Assembly: GCA_951406725.2 (NCBI GenBank)
Contig: OX597818.1
Coordinates: forward strand, 43,648,001-43,712,000
Direction: 5' to 3'
DNA: 64,000 nucleotides
DNA from: Octopus vulgaris
Lineage: Eukaryota
Below, piece by piece: positions 23,364 to 37,553 of this stretch. A model generated the notes under the pieces. The model saw only the letters and a list, made by a program, of their open reading frames with translations, did not search any database and was not told where the DNA came from. A program made the translations under genes and the position numbers. Positions within the stretch are counted from its first letter, which is position 1. Each line of letters opens with the position of its first letter.

Positions 23364-24715
23364 CGCAACAAAATGTACATTACTTAACAGTTTGGTGTCC
23401 ACCCCACACTCTTGCTTCTTCATAACTCCCTTTAAAATGCATAATTTGTAATGAAACTTTAGAGAAATACGTTTTCTGTAGGTGTAGATTATGATTATGC
23501 TGACAGAATTTAGAAAACAAATCCTAAAGTTAGGTAAATTTGGGGTAACAAAGTTAGATAGGGAAGAAAATTATATAAAAATTCATCCTCCAAATAAATA
23601 AATATTTTTTTCTGATCTTAGCAAAATCATCGTAATGTATACCCTCTGTAATATTTCATTATAAATTAGTCATTTTAAAGGAAGTTATGAGGATGGTGTT
23701 AGCTAAATAAATGGAGAAGTTAAACAAAAATCTCAGACAAGAGATCTCGAACCAAAAACCTGGTGGTTAGTCATCTGTTAGTGTTGACATAGCATTAATG
23801 TAGCGTTAGTTATTTTGTTTTTATTTTTCTCTCAAACTGTTTCAGATTAGTTATCCATGAGAAATCTATAACTTTATCCTAAATATAACAGTATTTGTTG
23901 GTAGTAAATAAAAACTGTAAAATATATTAAAACATCTGAAAACAAAACAAAGATAGTGGTGACTACAATATATTTGAATATTGTGCCGTATCACCTTATA
24001 GGGATCTCACTTGGCCCTGCCTTGCTGAGATTCAAAATCAAATCTAAGATTTCTTGCTTGTCAAATCCACCCACTATTTATTGACCAAGTGGGAAAATCT
24101 GTCAAAAAGAACATTGATTGATTTGTTTCCAATTGACCCGCGACCACGTAGTGTCAGGAAAAGTTCAAATGGATAGCAGGTGACCTAAATGTATATAAGT
24201 TATTCATATAATGGTATATCCATCTTTCTAGGTGGAATGGGCCATTATAAATACTAGCGCTCTGCAAACAGAAAGGGAGTGACAGTAACTGACTGGTTCG
24301 AAATACCATCTTGGCAGAACATCATAGAGGGGCAACTATGGAATTCACCAACGATACAGTTGTCCTGTCCACCAATTACTTTCTCACTCATTCATTTAAT
24401 CAATTTAGTTACTGCTGTTACAACGGGGAACATGATAATACGTAAGTTCAACACTATCTACCCTTTTACAAGAAAATATAGCTGTCATTACTTCATATGC
24501 TTTCTGACTGTTTTTATGCAAGCCTGCCTGTCATGGTTTGGCTTTAATTATATGTAATAGATAAATATGTTATCTACAACTTCAGCCACTGTCCTTCTTT
24601 CCTGGAGTCATCTTCATCTCTCTCACTGTGTTACAACTTTTGTTCTAAATCAGTGATTCCTAACCTGTGGTTTGCAAAGGTAGTACTGTGCGTCCATGAA
24701 CTAAATTCAAAATTT

Positions 24716-24768
24716 CATATATATATATAAATATACATATATATAAATATACATATATATAAATATAC

Positions 24769-24824
<56 letters not shown>

Positions 24825-24832
24825 ACACACAC
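24716..24832. repeat. (TA)n microsatellite
   Basis: Direct inspection; others near 32239-32292, 38985-39036, 51668-51703 and 61548-61690. Confidence 0.95.
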
Positions 24833-25136
24833 TGAAGTGCAAAAGAAATGTAATTTTTTTAAATGTCATTTATATGACAAAATTCTGAAAATTTATTTTG
24901 GGGATTGAGTGTAAATATTCCAAGACATGCTGGTTTATGGTTGAGACCCAGATTGCAGGTAACCTTTCAACTTTCCCTGAAACGAGACACCAAAATGCAG
25001 CTTTGTTGAATGCCGTGGGTGGCAGTTGCAAACAATTGTTATGAAAACTGAAATGCATATGCATCTTATGGAGGTTATGGGTATAAAAATCAACTTGAAC
25101 CGTGTTCCTGGCATTCATGATTTGGACACACCAGGT

Positions 25137-25530
25137 ATGACCTGATTGTCAGCAGTGCAAAGAGAACAAACTATTGGCCGATTGCAAAAGCTTACAATGC
25201 CCATGTCAGCAACATCTATTGCCTGCAACGGTGATACAACACCAATATCACTGCAGACTGTGCCCGCAGAGGGCGCCCCTAGGTGACCACGCCCAGGCAA
25301 GACCACTTCATCGACCTGCAACACCTCCATGATTGCTTCAGACCAGCCAGTGTGACAGTTCGCGTGACCATTGGCACTGGACAGTGACCCGTCAGTGATG
25401 ACATAGTACAATGTCAACTGGCCGCCAGCAACCTGCATTGCTGTTGCCCTGCATGAGGGCCTGTCTCCACCATCTGCTACCATCATGCACGACTACAGTG
25501 GGTTACACAGCATCATCAACAATGGATGTC
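25137..25530 (+). pseudogene. Tc1-family transposase N-terminal remnant
   Basis: Broken frame LSAVQREQTIGRLQ...RRGRPR.TTPRQDHFI..QHL...GPV.....HARLQWV. Confidence 0.7.
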
Positions 25531-26843
25531 GACAGTCTTCTCTGACAAGGGCCAGTACTGAGTTTCCACCTCGGATGGCAGAGTGAGGGCGTGGCATAGG
25601 AGGGGGTGAACACTACAGAGACGCATGTGTCATGGACAGAAATGTGTGGAGTGGCTAAAGCATCACTCTTAACTTCACTCTTGCAAGAATTTGAGCCAGG
25701 TCTCTGATTTGAGGGTACCTTCCCAACAGTCTCCAAGGCACAGTAGAGGATCAGGGAAACTGTCTTTCCTCCTGACCAAATGATAAATAAAAATAAGAAG
25801 TTTGCTTCCTAACCATATGATTCTGGGTTCAGTCCCACTGCATGGCACCTTGGCCAAATGTATTTGGATTGACCAAAACCTTGTGAGTGAATTTGGTAGA
25901 CAGAAACTGAAAGAAGTCTGTCGTGCGTGCGTGCGTGTATGTGTTGCGAGTGCCATCATCATGCAAACAGTGTCTTTTTCTAATCTGTGAAAACCTGTCT
26001 GGTCATGGGGAAATATTACTTTATTTGGAAACAGGGGAGGATTGGTGATGGGAAGAACACCCAGCCACTGAAAATCCACTTCAACAGATTCCAGCCAACC
26101 CATATGAGTATAGAAAAGTGGATGTTAAAATGATGATGATGCCTGACTAACAGTAGCAAAATTCTTTATCTTTTCTGGTGGTGGCAGTTGCGGTGTATTA
26201 CTAATTTTCTTTGATTTTGATATTAATACTAGTGGGTTGAGAGATTGCATAGAGTTTTAACCATTACCACTCTTATGTGCTTAGAATGGATGGCACAACT
26301 GAGAGGGCACAAAACAAATTGTTGTATCTTGGGACAGTCATTTTACCAATAAAAACAAGTACACTGGTTCTATTTAACTTTTTTTTTATTATCAGTCAAC
26401 TAGTTCACTAATTAACCAATTGACTAATCAAATGCTTGATTAATCATTTGGTCAATCAGTCAATGAGTTGTTCTGCAAGAGCATTTTCGTTGCCATTTGT
26501 GACTTCATAAATGACATACCCTCGTTCATCCAGATCTATCACGTTGCATCCAAACAAAGCAATTTGCAGTATTTCGTCCTTTTCAGCAATGTGTTCAAAC
26601 CACACTGGGGCTGATTTCAGTTATCATCCCTCCTAGGTCAATAAAATAAATAATCAATATACTGGCAATCAATTCAATCAGCTACACCACTTTGTAACAT
26701 TTTTTTTTACTAATGTGAGAAATTATGATTCAATGATTAAAAATGAGAAATGTCAAAGCACTGAGTTAGTGTTGTTTTGTCATAGGCTAACCTTGATCAA
26801 GTATAAATTTGACTGAAGGTGTTCAAGTCATGATTATCTTGTA

Positions 26844-27240
26844 CTAGCAGTATAGCCCAGCGTTGCTCGGGCTTGTTTTTTTCCTGACCCTTTAGAATTG
26901 GAATTTTTGAAAAGTAAAAATTTTGCATTATGTAGCTTGTTATTCTCTTTAAGTGAACATTTTTCTAGTTGAAATACACCGAAAAATGGCGACACAGCAG
27001 TCAAAAAATCGTAAAAAATAGGGATTTTCATAGAAAAAAAAGCACCTTTTTGATGTAAATAATTTTTGGTGTTAACATGGTCCAATTTGAATTTTTTATT
27101 CTACGGAAGGAAGAGCAAGCCTTCTTCTATCATACTCTCAATTTTGGTCAACTTGCGCTGCAGGGTCTCAGAGAAGATAGTGTTAGTTGAAGGCTACCAA
27201 ACCTGCCATACACAGGCAACTTCAGCTTTATATATATAGA
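26844..27240 (-). mobile_element. Non-autonomous Helitron
   Basis: 5' TC(TA)n ... 3' hairpin CCCGAGCAACGCTGGG followed by CTAG, inserted between A and T. Confidence 0.8.
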
Positions 27241-28497
27241 TTTACTTAATATCAAGTGTATTCAAGACTAGATTTCCTGGATACATTTATCACTTTTTTT
27301 AAAGATAAGGTGTAATTCAAGGGGAATTTGCCTGCTATTTCTGGCAGATCAAACAGCCACAGAGAAGCCTCTACTTTGGCTTAATTATGCATCATACTGC
27401 ATTATGTCCTGTGTAGCCTTTTGTTTCCTTCCCTCTATTTTCTGAGCTTGAATCCAACTAAGACTTTCATAGTCTTCCATTCTACCCAGGTCAGTAATAC
27501 ATGTAAATCAAGTGAACAACAGAGCTTCTATTGACCTTGCAGCCAAATTTCCATTCAATCTCTAATGTCTTAAGAAAGAGGGAAACATAAAAGTTGTTCT
27601 TGATATACGAAAGTACAAGGTGACTCCAGCTGGAACACTTTTGAACATGAGTCTGTTGACCTAGGGTGAAGCAACAATGAATATCCATCACATTTTGAGA
27701 CAGATTCCATAACTGCTACTTCTGCCCATCCTCACCCACCTCACCCATCCATCACCTACCCATTTGGTCCTATGCCAATGTATGAAATCATAAGTCAATC
27801 GTGAATTCATATCATGTAGATGATGTTCTTCTTTATCTTTTATTTTTAACTGGTTTCAGTCATTAGACTGTGGCCATGCTTGACACTATCTTGAAAGATT
27901 TAGTCAAACAAACTGATCCTTTTTCAAAAGTCTGGCACTTATTCTATCCATTACTTATACCAGACCACTAAGTTATGGGGATGTAAACAAACACCGATTA
28001 TCGAGCTGTGGGGAGCAAACATACAGTCGTAGACACACACACAACAACTTCTACAAAGTCTACCAAGTTCACTCACAAGGCATTGGTTGGCCTAGGGCTA
28101 AAGAAGACACTTGCCCAAAGTGCCATGCAGTGGGACTGAACCCGAAACCATGTGGTTGCAAAGCCAGCTTCATAACCACACAACCATGCCTGTGCTTATT
28201 CACAGCTCAAATATAAAATTATTTCTTATCAATTAGTAAACCAGATGATGCATATATTGATTATGAATTTAGCCTTTAACTAACATGCAAATTACCATTA
28301 ATAATAAGTTTGATGATTAGGACTTTATTTGAAGGCTGAGTATACTTTATTTATCAAGATGCAGAATGGTATATTCGTTATATTCAATATATATTGTATT
28401 ATATTTAGTCATAAAATGCATTGATTAAAAAATAATACTTACATTACATCATCATATGTTGACGCAAAACTATCAAACATGGGTATTATGCATGCAT

Positions 28498-28581
28498 TTA
28501 TAATGCCCGGCACAAAATCTGTGATTTTTCTTCTTCATAGACATTAAATAATTTTTCTAAATGCAGATTTGTGTCGATAAC
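28498..28581 (-). CDS. TK2: Kinase last exon
   Basis: VIDTNLHLEKLFNVYEEEKSQILCRAL*; AATAAA signals downstream at 28324-28329 and 28346-28351. Confidence 0.87.
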   Translation of the reverse strand, partial: VIDTNLHLEKLFNVYEEEKSQILCRAL

Positions 28582-31500
28582 CTGGAATGTATAATTTTTG
28601 ATAATACTTTTAAAACTTGAGTGAAAAGTTTAAAATATCGATTTCAATTTTTGGCACAAGGCCAGCAATTTCAGATTAGACTGGTACTTATTTCATTAAC
28701 CATGAAAGGATGAAAGGCAAAGACGACCTTGGAATTTGAACTCAGAATATAAAGATGGACAAAATGCCACTAAGCATTTTGCTTGGCATGCTAATAATTC
28801 TGCTGGCTTGCAGCCTTCATAAATTTAAAAATATTACTGCAATATTTAAATTTCAAACAAACTGGGAAAAGAATATATTTTTGAAAAATAATTTTAATGA
28901 AATTTATTCAATGAAAATGCTTTTGATGAAACTTGAAATTAAAAAAAAATAATAACAACTATTATGTGAAAATATCCTTTAATAAAAACAGCTATTCTGT
29001 AAGGACAACCTTTTTTCTTCTGGGAGTTTACAAATAGCATAACTGACAATATATTAGACATTATGAGAGATTAGCAGTTTATATCCAGTCACTGTCACTA
29101 GTTTCTATCTCTGGTTAAAACAGTTAGGTTCACTTACTTGGAAATAGATACTACAGAGTGGGTTTAGCTTACCACTATAAATGCTGTAGAATTGATGAGT
29201 GATTTGCTAGCTTGATGTGTTGAACTCAATTCTTCCAGCAGGAAAGTGTATGCAATAGACTAGTAAAGAGATCTAGGCCTAAGTGTAGCTAATGCTTTTA
29301 ACTAATGAGTATCAAAGGACCAAGGAATGAAGTAATTGATTCTACAGTACATTACAAAGGCAAGCTTATTACTGAAGTTTTTCTTGTTCTGATGAATTAT
29401 CCAGTAGCTCAGCTCCTGTGGAGCCTTGGCATGAATTTAAACTTCTGAATATTGAATTCATATGATGATGAAGTATTCCATATGTGCCTTAAAGATTTAT
29501 ACAATTGCAAAAACTAGACTGTAAGAAACCTGATTAAGTGTACTCATCATTGTTGTTTAACATCCGCTTTCCATGCTAGCATGGGTTGGACGATTTGACT
29601 GAGGGCTGGCAAACCAGATGGCTGCACCAGGCTCCAATCTTGATCTGGTAGAGTTTCTACAGCTTGATGCCCTTCCTAATGCCAACCACTCCAAGAGTGT
29701 AGTGGGTGCTTTTATGTGCCACCGGCACAAGGGCCTGTCAGACGATACTGGCAATGACCTCACTCAAATGCTTTTTCACGTACCACTGGCACAAGTGCCA
29801 GTAAGGCGGAAAGTAATCTATCACTCCTAAAAATCCTCTCAATCACACCAACATCTTGGGTCATTTCATGTCTTGCATCTGGTTCACCAGGCAAATATTC
29901 TTATCCTCTGAAACAATGTTACTCCATAGCGTAATTAACCACAATTCCTAATTTTTCTGATTCTCTATTCTAACTAGCAATGTATCCTGGCATTGCCTGT
30001 GTGTTATGACCTACAGCTACAGTGTATTATTTTTGCCTTTCTTATGGGCAGGATCAGCACAGCTGATATATGGTGAACTGAATTACTGCCGTAATGGAAG
30101 TTATTGTTAGTCTAAAAGTGAAGGTGGGGAAGGTACAATTTGCATGGGTTTGCATGACTGCTTTCTGTCCTTAAGAAGGATCACAAACTATGTACTGTTT
30201 CATCATATAAAAGGGAGCTAATACGATTTTGCCCAGAAATCTTTTCAAAATTTTAATTTCCTCTCCCCACCTTTCTTTTTGAATTTTTTTTTTTTATCTA
30301 CATAGAAAAATACAGAGATTATGAATCTGGGAAATATTTTTTTAAAGTTTAATTTTTCTTAAAGAAACACTCAATGCCCCTTCACCCACCTCACCCATCC
30401 ATCACCTACCCACTTTTAAAAAGCTAAAACGTCCCAATGTTTCACACATGCTTAGAATTGTACTGAAATAGCAGGCATAAAAAATACTAGACCACCACTA
30501 GAAAACCCGACATGCTAGAAACAACAGGTAAACGACATTGTTTCTGAAGAAACTTCCCTACTATTCAAAATGCTGAAGGTGAAACATTTGGAGTGTGTAG
30601 CTTTTTGAAAGTGGTGAGTTGATAGGTGGATGTTTGGGAAGGAGATTTTAGTGTATCTTTTCAGAAAAGAAAAGGAAGAAGAAAATTTTTAAAGATTTGT
30701 ACTCTCTGTTTTTTTCTCCATGAATTATCAAGAAAAAAAAATTTGGAAAAAAGTAAAAAAGATGAAGAAATCGGGGTGAGAAGGGAGAAAATTAAAATAT
30801 TGAGAACATGTATTGTGGGTGAAATCCTAATTTCTTGTATCAAAAACAGGAATCAGAAGAAATTTAGGAAAAAAGTAAGGTAAGAGTGAGGGGTGGGGCG
30901 CAAGTGTCACCTCAAACATGCTAGAAACAACAGATAAAGGATAGGATTTCTGGGAAAACTACTGAGTTTATATTGAAGATCATGTTTTTAAATACACTCA
31001 TCACAAACACAAATTACAGAATAGAAAAAGGTTATTTCAATTGGATTTGAGTTGTAATTTTGCGCATGCACACAGCAAGAAATAACATAATTTGTACACA
31101 AGTGTGTGTGTGCATGCGTGCCAAAGGAAGAGTTTTATGGCATTCTTTCATTTGAAGCAGCAAAGTTGTCAGCTCAATCATGTGGAATTATATGATTGCT
31201 CGTTAATTTTCACAAAAGTCTTTATTTCTTTATGATTTGAAGAGAGCAGAAATTGAAAGAGAGGAGAAAGTGAAAAGACGACATTTGCTTTGAAGAGAGC
31301 AGAAATTGAAAGAGAGGAGAAAGTGAAAAGACGACATTTGCTTTGAAGTGAGAGCAGAAAGTGAAAGATGTATCTACGTGTATATGAAATGGATGTGTGT
31401 GTGTATGTGAGAGAGAGCACGGCAAGAGAGTGAGTGAGGGAAGGTGTGTGTTGTCATCTATGTACTTTTTGTATGTATGTATAAGTGGCACTCTCTCTCT

Positions 31501-32232
31501 CACACACACATTATCTTTCATATACACATAAATACATATGCATACATCTTTTTTGTTTGTATATGAGCATGTGCATGTGAGAGAGAGAGTGAGTGGCTAC
31601 ATTTCCTCATAACATATAGAGAAATGGATGTCTTTTAATGAAATTCTTTTGGTTGTGGCTTATTTTAATACAATATTTATGTGTACATTTTCATAAATGT
31701 TTGTCTGAGTAGAATTCTATGCATGCATGAAACATTAGACAAAAATGAAACATTAGAAGCAAATCAAAATATTGCCCGAAAATGACCTCAAAATTGTGTG
31801 ACAGGATCTCGTTTCTGAGGTTATTTTAGTAATAAAAAAAAGAGTTGCAGTGCCAAAAACATAGTTTATTTAGTAACTTTTATATATATAGACAGATGAT
31901 AAGCAGCTTTCTTTATTACAGTACAGATGAGACTAATTAGGAAAAACATTACTTTCATGATTCACACATCATCACTCTCGTAATGTACACTTTGTATTTT
32001 TGGTTCAAATTGAAAGTATGAAACTATTTTCACTTTCTAACGAAACCTGGTTGTTGTAGAGCAGTGTCTTTAAATTACTACAGCTAGTTGTTGAGATAAT
32101 GAAGAAACTATGTAAATGAAAATAAAGTTTATTTGGTAGCTGAAAGATTATTGAATCTTTTGATACCCAGTCATCAAAATTGGCAACTCGATTTTTGAAT
32201 GCATAAGGAACATACACACACAAATCCTCTTT

Positions 32233-32294
<62 letters not shown>

Positions 32295-35020
32295 TGAACC
32301 ATGACATTGTAAAAGGTAAAACCTTTATGGACTATAGTAGCTGGAGCTACATATTTGTTTAGGCTGTGTTGTTGCCTATATAAAGCCAAGTTACAATATT
32401 TGCTTTCAGTGAACCATATTTATTTTCATAACAATATTGCAAAGGTTACTTACTGAAAGCTCTGAGAGTGTCTTTCAAATAACTATAGCTAGTTGTTGCG
32501 ATAATGAGGAAAATATGTAAATGAAAATAAAGTTTATTTGGTAGCCGAAAGATTACTGAGAGTGTGTTTTTGTGTGTAGAGAGAAAAAAATGTGTCTTCA
32601 TATTTGGCAAGTTGGTTGTTTAACCTAAGATGAGTGGCATAAATGACCAAAAATCCTCTATAAACCTGTGTTCATCTGTCTCCTCTTGAACTTCTGCAGC
32701 CGTCTACTTGTACTAGCTCCCTTCTCTGTATTTGTATTTTCCATGCATGTCAGTTTACAACCTTCATTTGGCATGAAACTATATCGAATTTTCTACACAA
32801 ATGTGCTGGGATAACAACTGGCTGAAAAGTAGGCTAAGATCACCTGATATGAACCAATGCCACCAAATATAGAAATTTCATATGTCATGGCTTTTGCTTG
32901 TTATGGAACTATCAGTTTTGAATGCTGAATACCACTACACTTTTTCTATTCTATCCAAATTGCAATGGCAAATTTCTTTCCTTATTTGAATCCCTAGTTA
33001 TCTATCTGACATTCTATAGTTCACTTAAGCATGTTAAACCTCCTTTCTATGGATTACAGCCAATTGTATGGGTCTGAATTATCTTCCTCTGCCATCCTAT
33101 TTTTATTCCTTTCAATGGAACTCTCTCAACCCATACTTGCATTACCTATGGAATTCTCTAAGGATCAGCTATATTGTCTATTATTTTCTGCTTTTCCAAC
33201 ATTAAACCTCTGTCATAGAGTGTGGTATATGAGATTCATACTTAATTCTAGAAATACAATAATTCTAAATTAAATTAACAAGTTTTAGCAACAGAAGAAA
33301 AAATTCTAAAAATGGAAATATAGACTATAACATAAATCTTCAAGTACAGTCCGCCCTTGAGTATAATACGCAGAGGATTTTTAGGGGGCTGTATTTCTGA
33401 AAAACCTAAACCTTGTGTATAATATGCACCCCTTCTCTAACTTGAGTCATGTGTAATTAAGCCAGCAGCACCTAGTCGAACAAACACTTCCGTGTATGCG
33501 TAATACAATAATGGTGATGTTCTTAACTGTTATATGGGAATGTAAATATGTTTGCAAATTGTTTTTGTTACATGTTATTCTGTGTTCTGAATACTTTTAT
33601 TTTAATAAATGTTGCTTACTGCAAGTTATGGATGATTTTTTTATGACTTCATTGCTGTCGGGCTTAGCTTAAGGTATTTTCGCGCCTGACATCACTAAAT
33701 GCATCTGAATAAACATTTCCAGACAGCAAATAGAGACTCGGACATTGCTTAGAAAATATTTTTCATTTTTAAACTCATGTATAATACACACTAGGGATTT
33801 TGACCTTTAAATTTTGGGAAAAAATGCGGATTATACTTAAGGATTTACGGTAGAAACAATATATCTCAAGGGCGATCGTAGTCGTTTTCCAGCCTCGTCT
33901 GGCACGTAAAAAGCACCCACTACACTCATGGAGTGGTTGGCGTTAGGAATGGCATCCAGCCATAGAAACACTGCCAGATCAGACTGGGCCTGGTGCAGCC
34001 TTCTGGCTTCCCAGACCCCAGTTGAACCGTCCAACCCATGCTAGCATGGAAAGCAGACGTTAAACGATGATGATGATGATATTGATAACTAAGAATATCT
34101 TAATACTTACTTTAACAGGAGCAGGTAATGGACCATAAGATTGTTTGATAAGCCACTCTTCATGGATTTTGTGAAGGTTTTCTAGCAAAGACTGGAAGAA
34201 ACATAAAAAGAAAACTGTCTGATAGATGAAGCATAAACATTTACATGTGAAGAGAATGGTTATCAAAAACTGAATTAACAACGAAGTAACAGAAGCTACC
34301 AAAATAGAAATTAAACCAAGAACAAGTTGAGAGACGCAATGTTTGAGCTGCCCTGCTCTCAACAGCAAACTGTGACATCTCTCTTTAACTTACAAAAGAT
34401 GGAGCTTGTTGATAGCTGAAAGCCTGTTTAGAAGCAGAAGTTGTCAAAATGTGATATTTGCAGCAGGCATCAATAAATAAAAATACACTATACATTTTCT
34501 CAAACATATGCTGTGACTGCAAAGACCTGACAAACAACGTGAGTTCATGGCTGCTTCCTGCACCAGTTTCACATAGCCCCAGCCCATCCAAAGTACCTTG
34601 GATTGCAGAACAACTTGCTGTACGTATCTTGGATCGTAGGGTGACCTGCTGTGCTTTAGGAAACGTATTGAGTCAAGTACATCAACATCAAAATAAATAT
34701 CAAATGGAAATTGTAGTTATGATACCTGTGCCGGCGGCACGTAAAAAGCACCATCCGAACATGGCCGATGCCAGCGCCGCCTTGCCTGGCTTCTGTGCCA
34801 GTGGCATGTAAAAAGCACCAACCAATGGTGGCCGCTGCCAACCTCCCCTGGCACGTAAAAAGCACCCACTACACTTACGGAGTAGTTGGCATTAGGAAGA
34901 GCATCCAGCTGTAGAAACACTGCCAGATCGGACTGGAGCTTGGTGCAGCCTCCTGGCTTCCCAGACCCTGCAAATTATCCAACCCATGCCAGCATGGATA
35001 ACAGATGCTAAATAATAATA

Positions 35021-35073
<53 letters not shown>

Positions 35074-37483
35074 TGAATGAATGAATGAATGAATGAATGA
35101 ATGAATGATGATAAATTCATTCTGAAAAATGACAGTGCAAATATCAAAAAATTTGAAATTTGATTTGCAGAAAAAATTTAGCAAACACAATTTTCAACTT
35201 AGTAAAATCAATTACATTTTTGATTTCAGCATTCCAGATATCCACATTCTTTTCAGGAAAGAGATGTCAAAAGGCTGTTTTTAAGGAATATAACAGTAAA
35301 GGTTCTTACCACTGGAACAGGATCTTCTTCTTTTCTACATCTTTTTTTCAATCTCTCAAAGCACAAATGAGGATCTGCCTTTAAATATACTGAGAGAAAA
35401 ATGAATATCAGTACACATGCAGATATGCATACATACGCATTATATAAATAGCACATACAAACAAGAGATGCCAACCAACTCATCTGAATAAGAACTTAGA
35501 ACATGGCAGCTTGTACAACCCATGGTAGCATGGAGTGGAGGCACATGGCCTAGTGGTTAGAGCAGCGGACTTGCGGTCGAGGGATCGAGGGTTCGAATCT
35601 TAGACAGGGCGATGTGTGTTTTTATGAGCGAAACACCTAAGCTCCACGTGGCTCTGGCAGAAGGTAATGGCGAACTTCTGCTGACTCTTTTGCCACATAT
35701 ATATATACATTAAAAATATATTGAAAAAAATATATACTAATGAGGCTTCTTTAGAAACTTATTTTCCCTAATGAAGGAGGTAGTGTCCTATAATGGATGT
35801 AAATATCTTTTATATAACAGGACAACCAAACCCTCAGAAATGGCCGTTAGATTGTTAATAGGATTAGCAATACTTATACATTTTTTAAAGACTCTTAATT
35901 CTTTTTAAGACTTTGTTTCATAATCTGATTTCTTTATTGCCCTCAAGGGGATAAACACAGAGGGGATAAACAAAGGAATTAAGTCGATTACATCAACTCC
36001 CCAGTGTGCAACTGCTACTTAATTTATCGACCCTGAAAAGATGAAAGGCAAAGTCAACCTCGGCGGAATTTGAACTCAGAACATAACGGCAGATGAAATA
36101 GCGCTAAGCATTTTACCCAGGGTGCTAAGGTTTCTGCAAGCTCGCCAAGACGACCTATATATGTATTTAATTTTTCAATATATTTTAAATGTATATATCT
36201 ATATATTTATATATTTTGATATGTATATTTTTATTATATTGATTACTCTATATATTTTTAATCTGTTTGATATATTGAATATACTTTCAGAGAAATTCGT
36301 ACATGCTAGTTCTTGGGCTGAATAAATATAAATGTATATGTGAATCTGATTTGCCTAACTTTGATTCTTACTCATACATTATTCTAACGCCTCAGCTTTA
36401 AAATCCTGAGCACTTCAAAGTGAAGCTTATGCATTGGAGGAAATATTTTTCCTTATAATCATATATAAACATATATATAACAAACTGGTAGTTGATCAGT
36501 TATGACAACAAGTGTTCCAGTCGATCTGAAGAATGGAACAACCTGGAGCTAAACACAGAGAGGACAAACAAGGACAGACAAACGGATTAAGTCAATTATA
36601 TTGACCCCAGTATGTAACTGGTACTTATTTAATCGATCCCGAAAGGATGAAAGGCAAAGTCGACCTCGGCGGAATTTGAACTCAGAACATAGCAGCAGAT
36701 GAAATACTTATTTCTTTACTACCCACATGGGGCTAAACACAGAGAGGACAAAAAAGGACAGACAAACGGATTAAGCCAATTATATCGACCCCAGTGCGTA
36801 ACTGGTACTTACTTAATCGACTCCAAAAGGATGAAAGGCAAAGTCGACCTTGGCGGAATTTGAACTCAGAATGTAGCGGCAGACAAAATACCGCTAAGAA
36901 TTTCGACCGGCATACTAACGTTTCTACCAAGCTCACCGCCTTCACTCCACAAACACACATACTTTTAACATAGTTCTCAGGGAGATTCAGCATGATATAG
37001 AATGTGACAAGGCAGGCCCTTTGAATTACCAGCTGAGTGGACTAAAGTATCTTGCTCAAAGACACAATGCACCACTAGGAATCAAACTCACGACCTCGTG
37101 ATCGTGAGGCAAATACCCTAACAACTAAGCCATATGCCTTCACACACACACACAATCAGTCGGTAGAGCATCAAACTTTTACGGACACATACATGCATAC
37201 ATATATCTTGCTTTTGCTTTTTCCATGGGTGCATGTAAGTATTTCATTTATTTCTTATCATATTTTCTACTGAAGAGGGAAAAATGCATAGGATTAATCC
37301 CAAAATTGATTCAATATAGAAATAACAAACTTTTTTTTAAAATTCTGTTGGCCTACTTTCCTCGATTTCAGTACCACGTATATCTATAGTGAATGTATAT
37401 TATAAATGTGGAAATTGATGATTTAAAGTCTGTTCTCAGCATATTGGCATTGAAATAATTTTTCTATTGCCCTTGTTTATAAG

Positions 37484-37553
<70 letters not shown>

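Noticed and set aside
35535-35610. tRNA gene
   Set aside because: The A/B boxes continue into a repeated SINE body and there is no proper acceptor stem; the same applies to 42850-42915 and 56220-56296.
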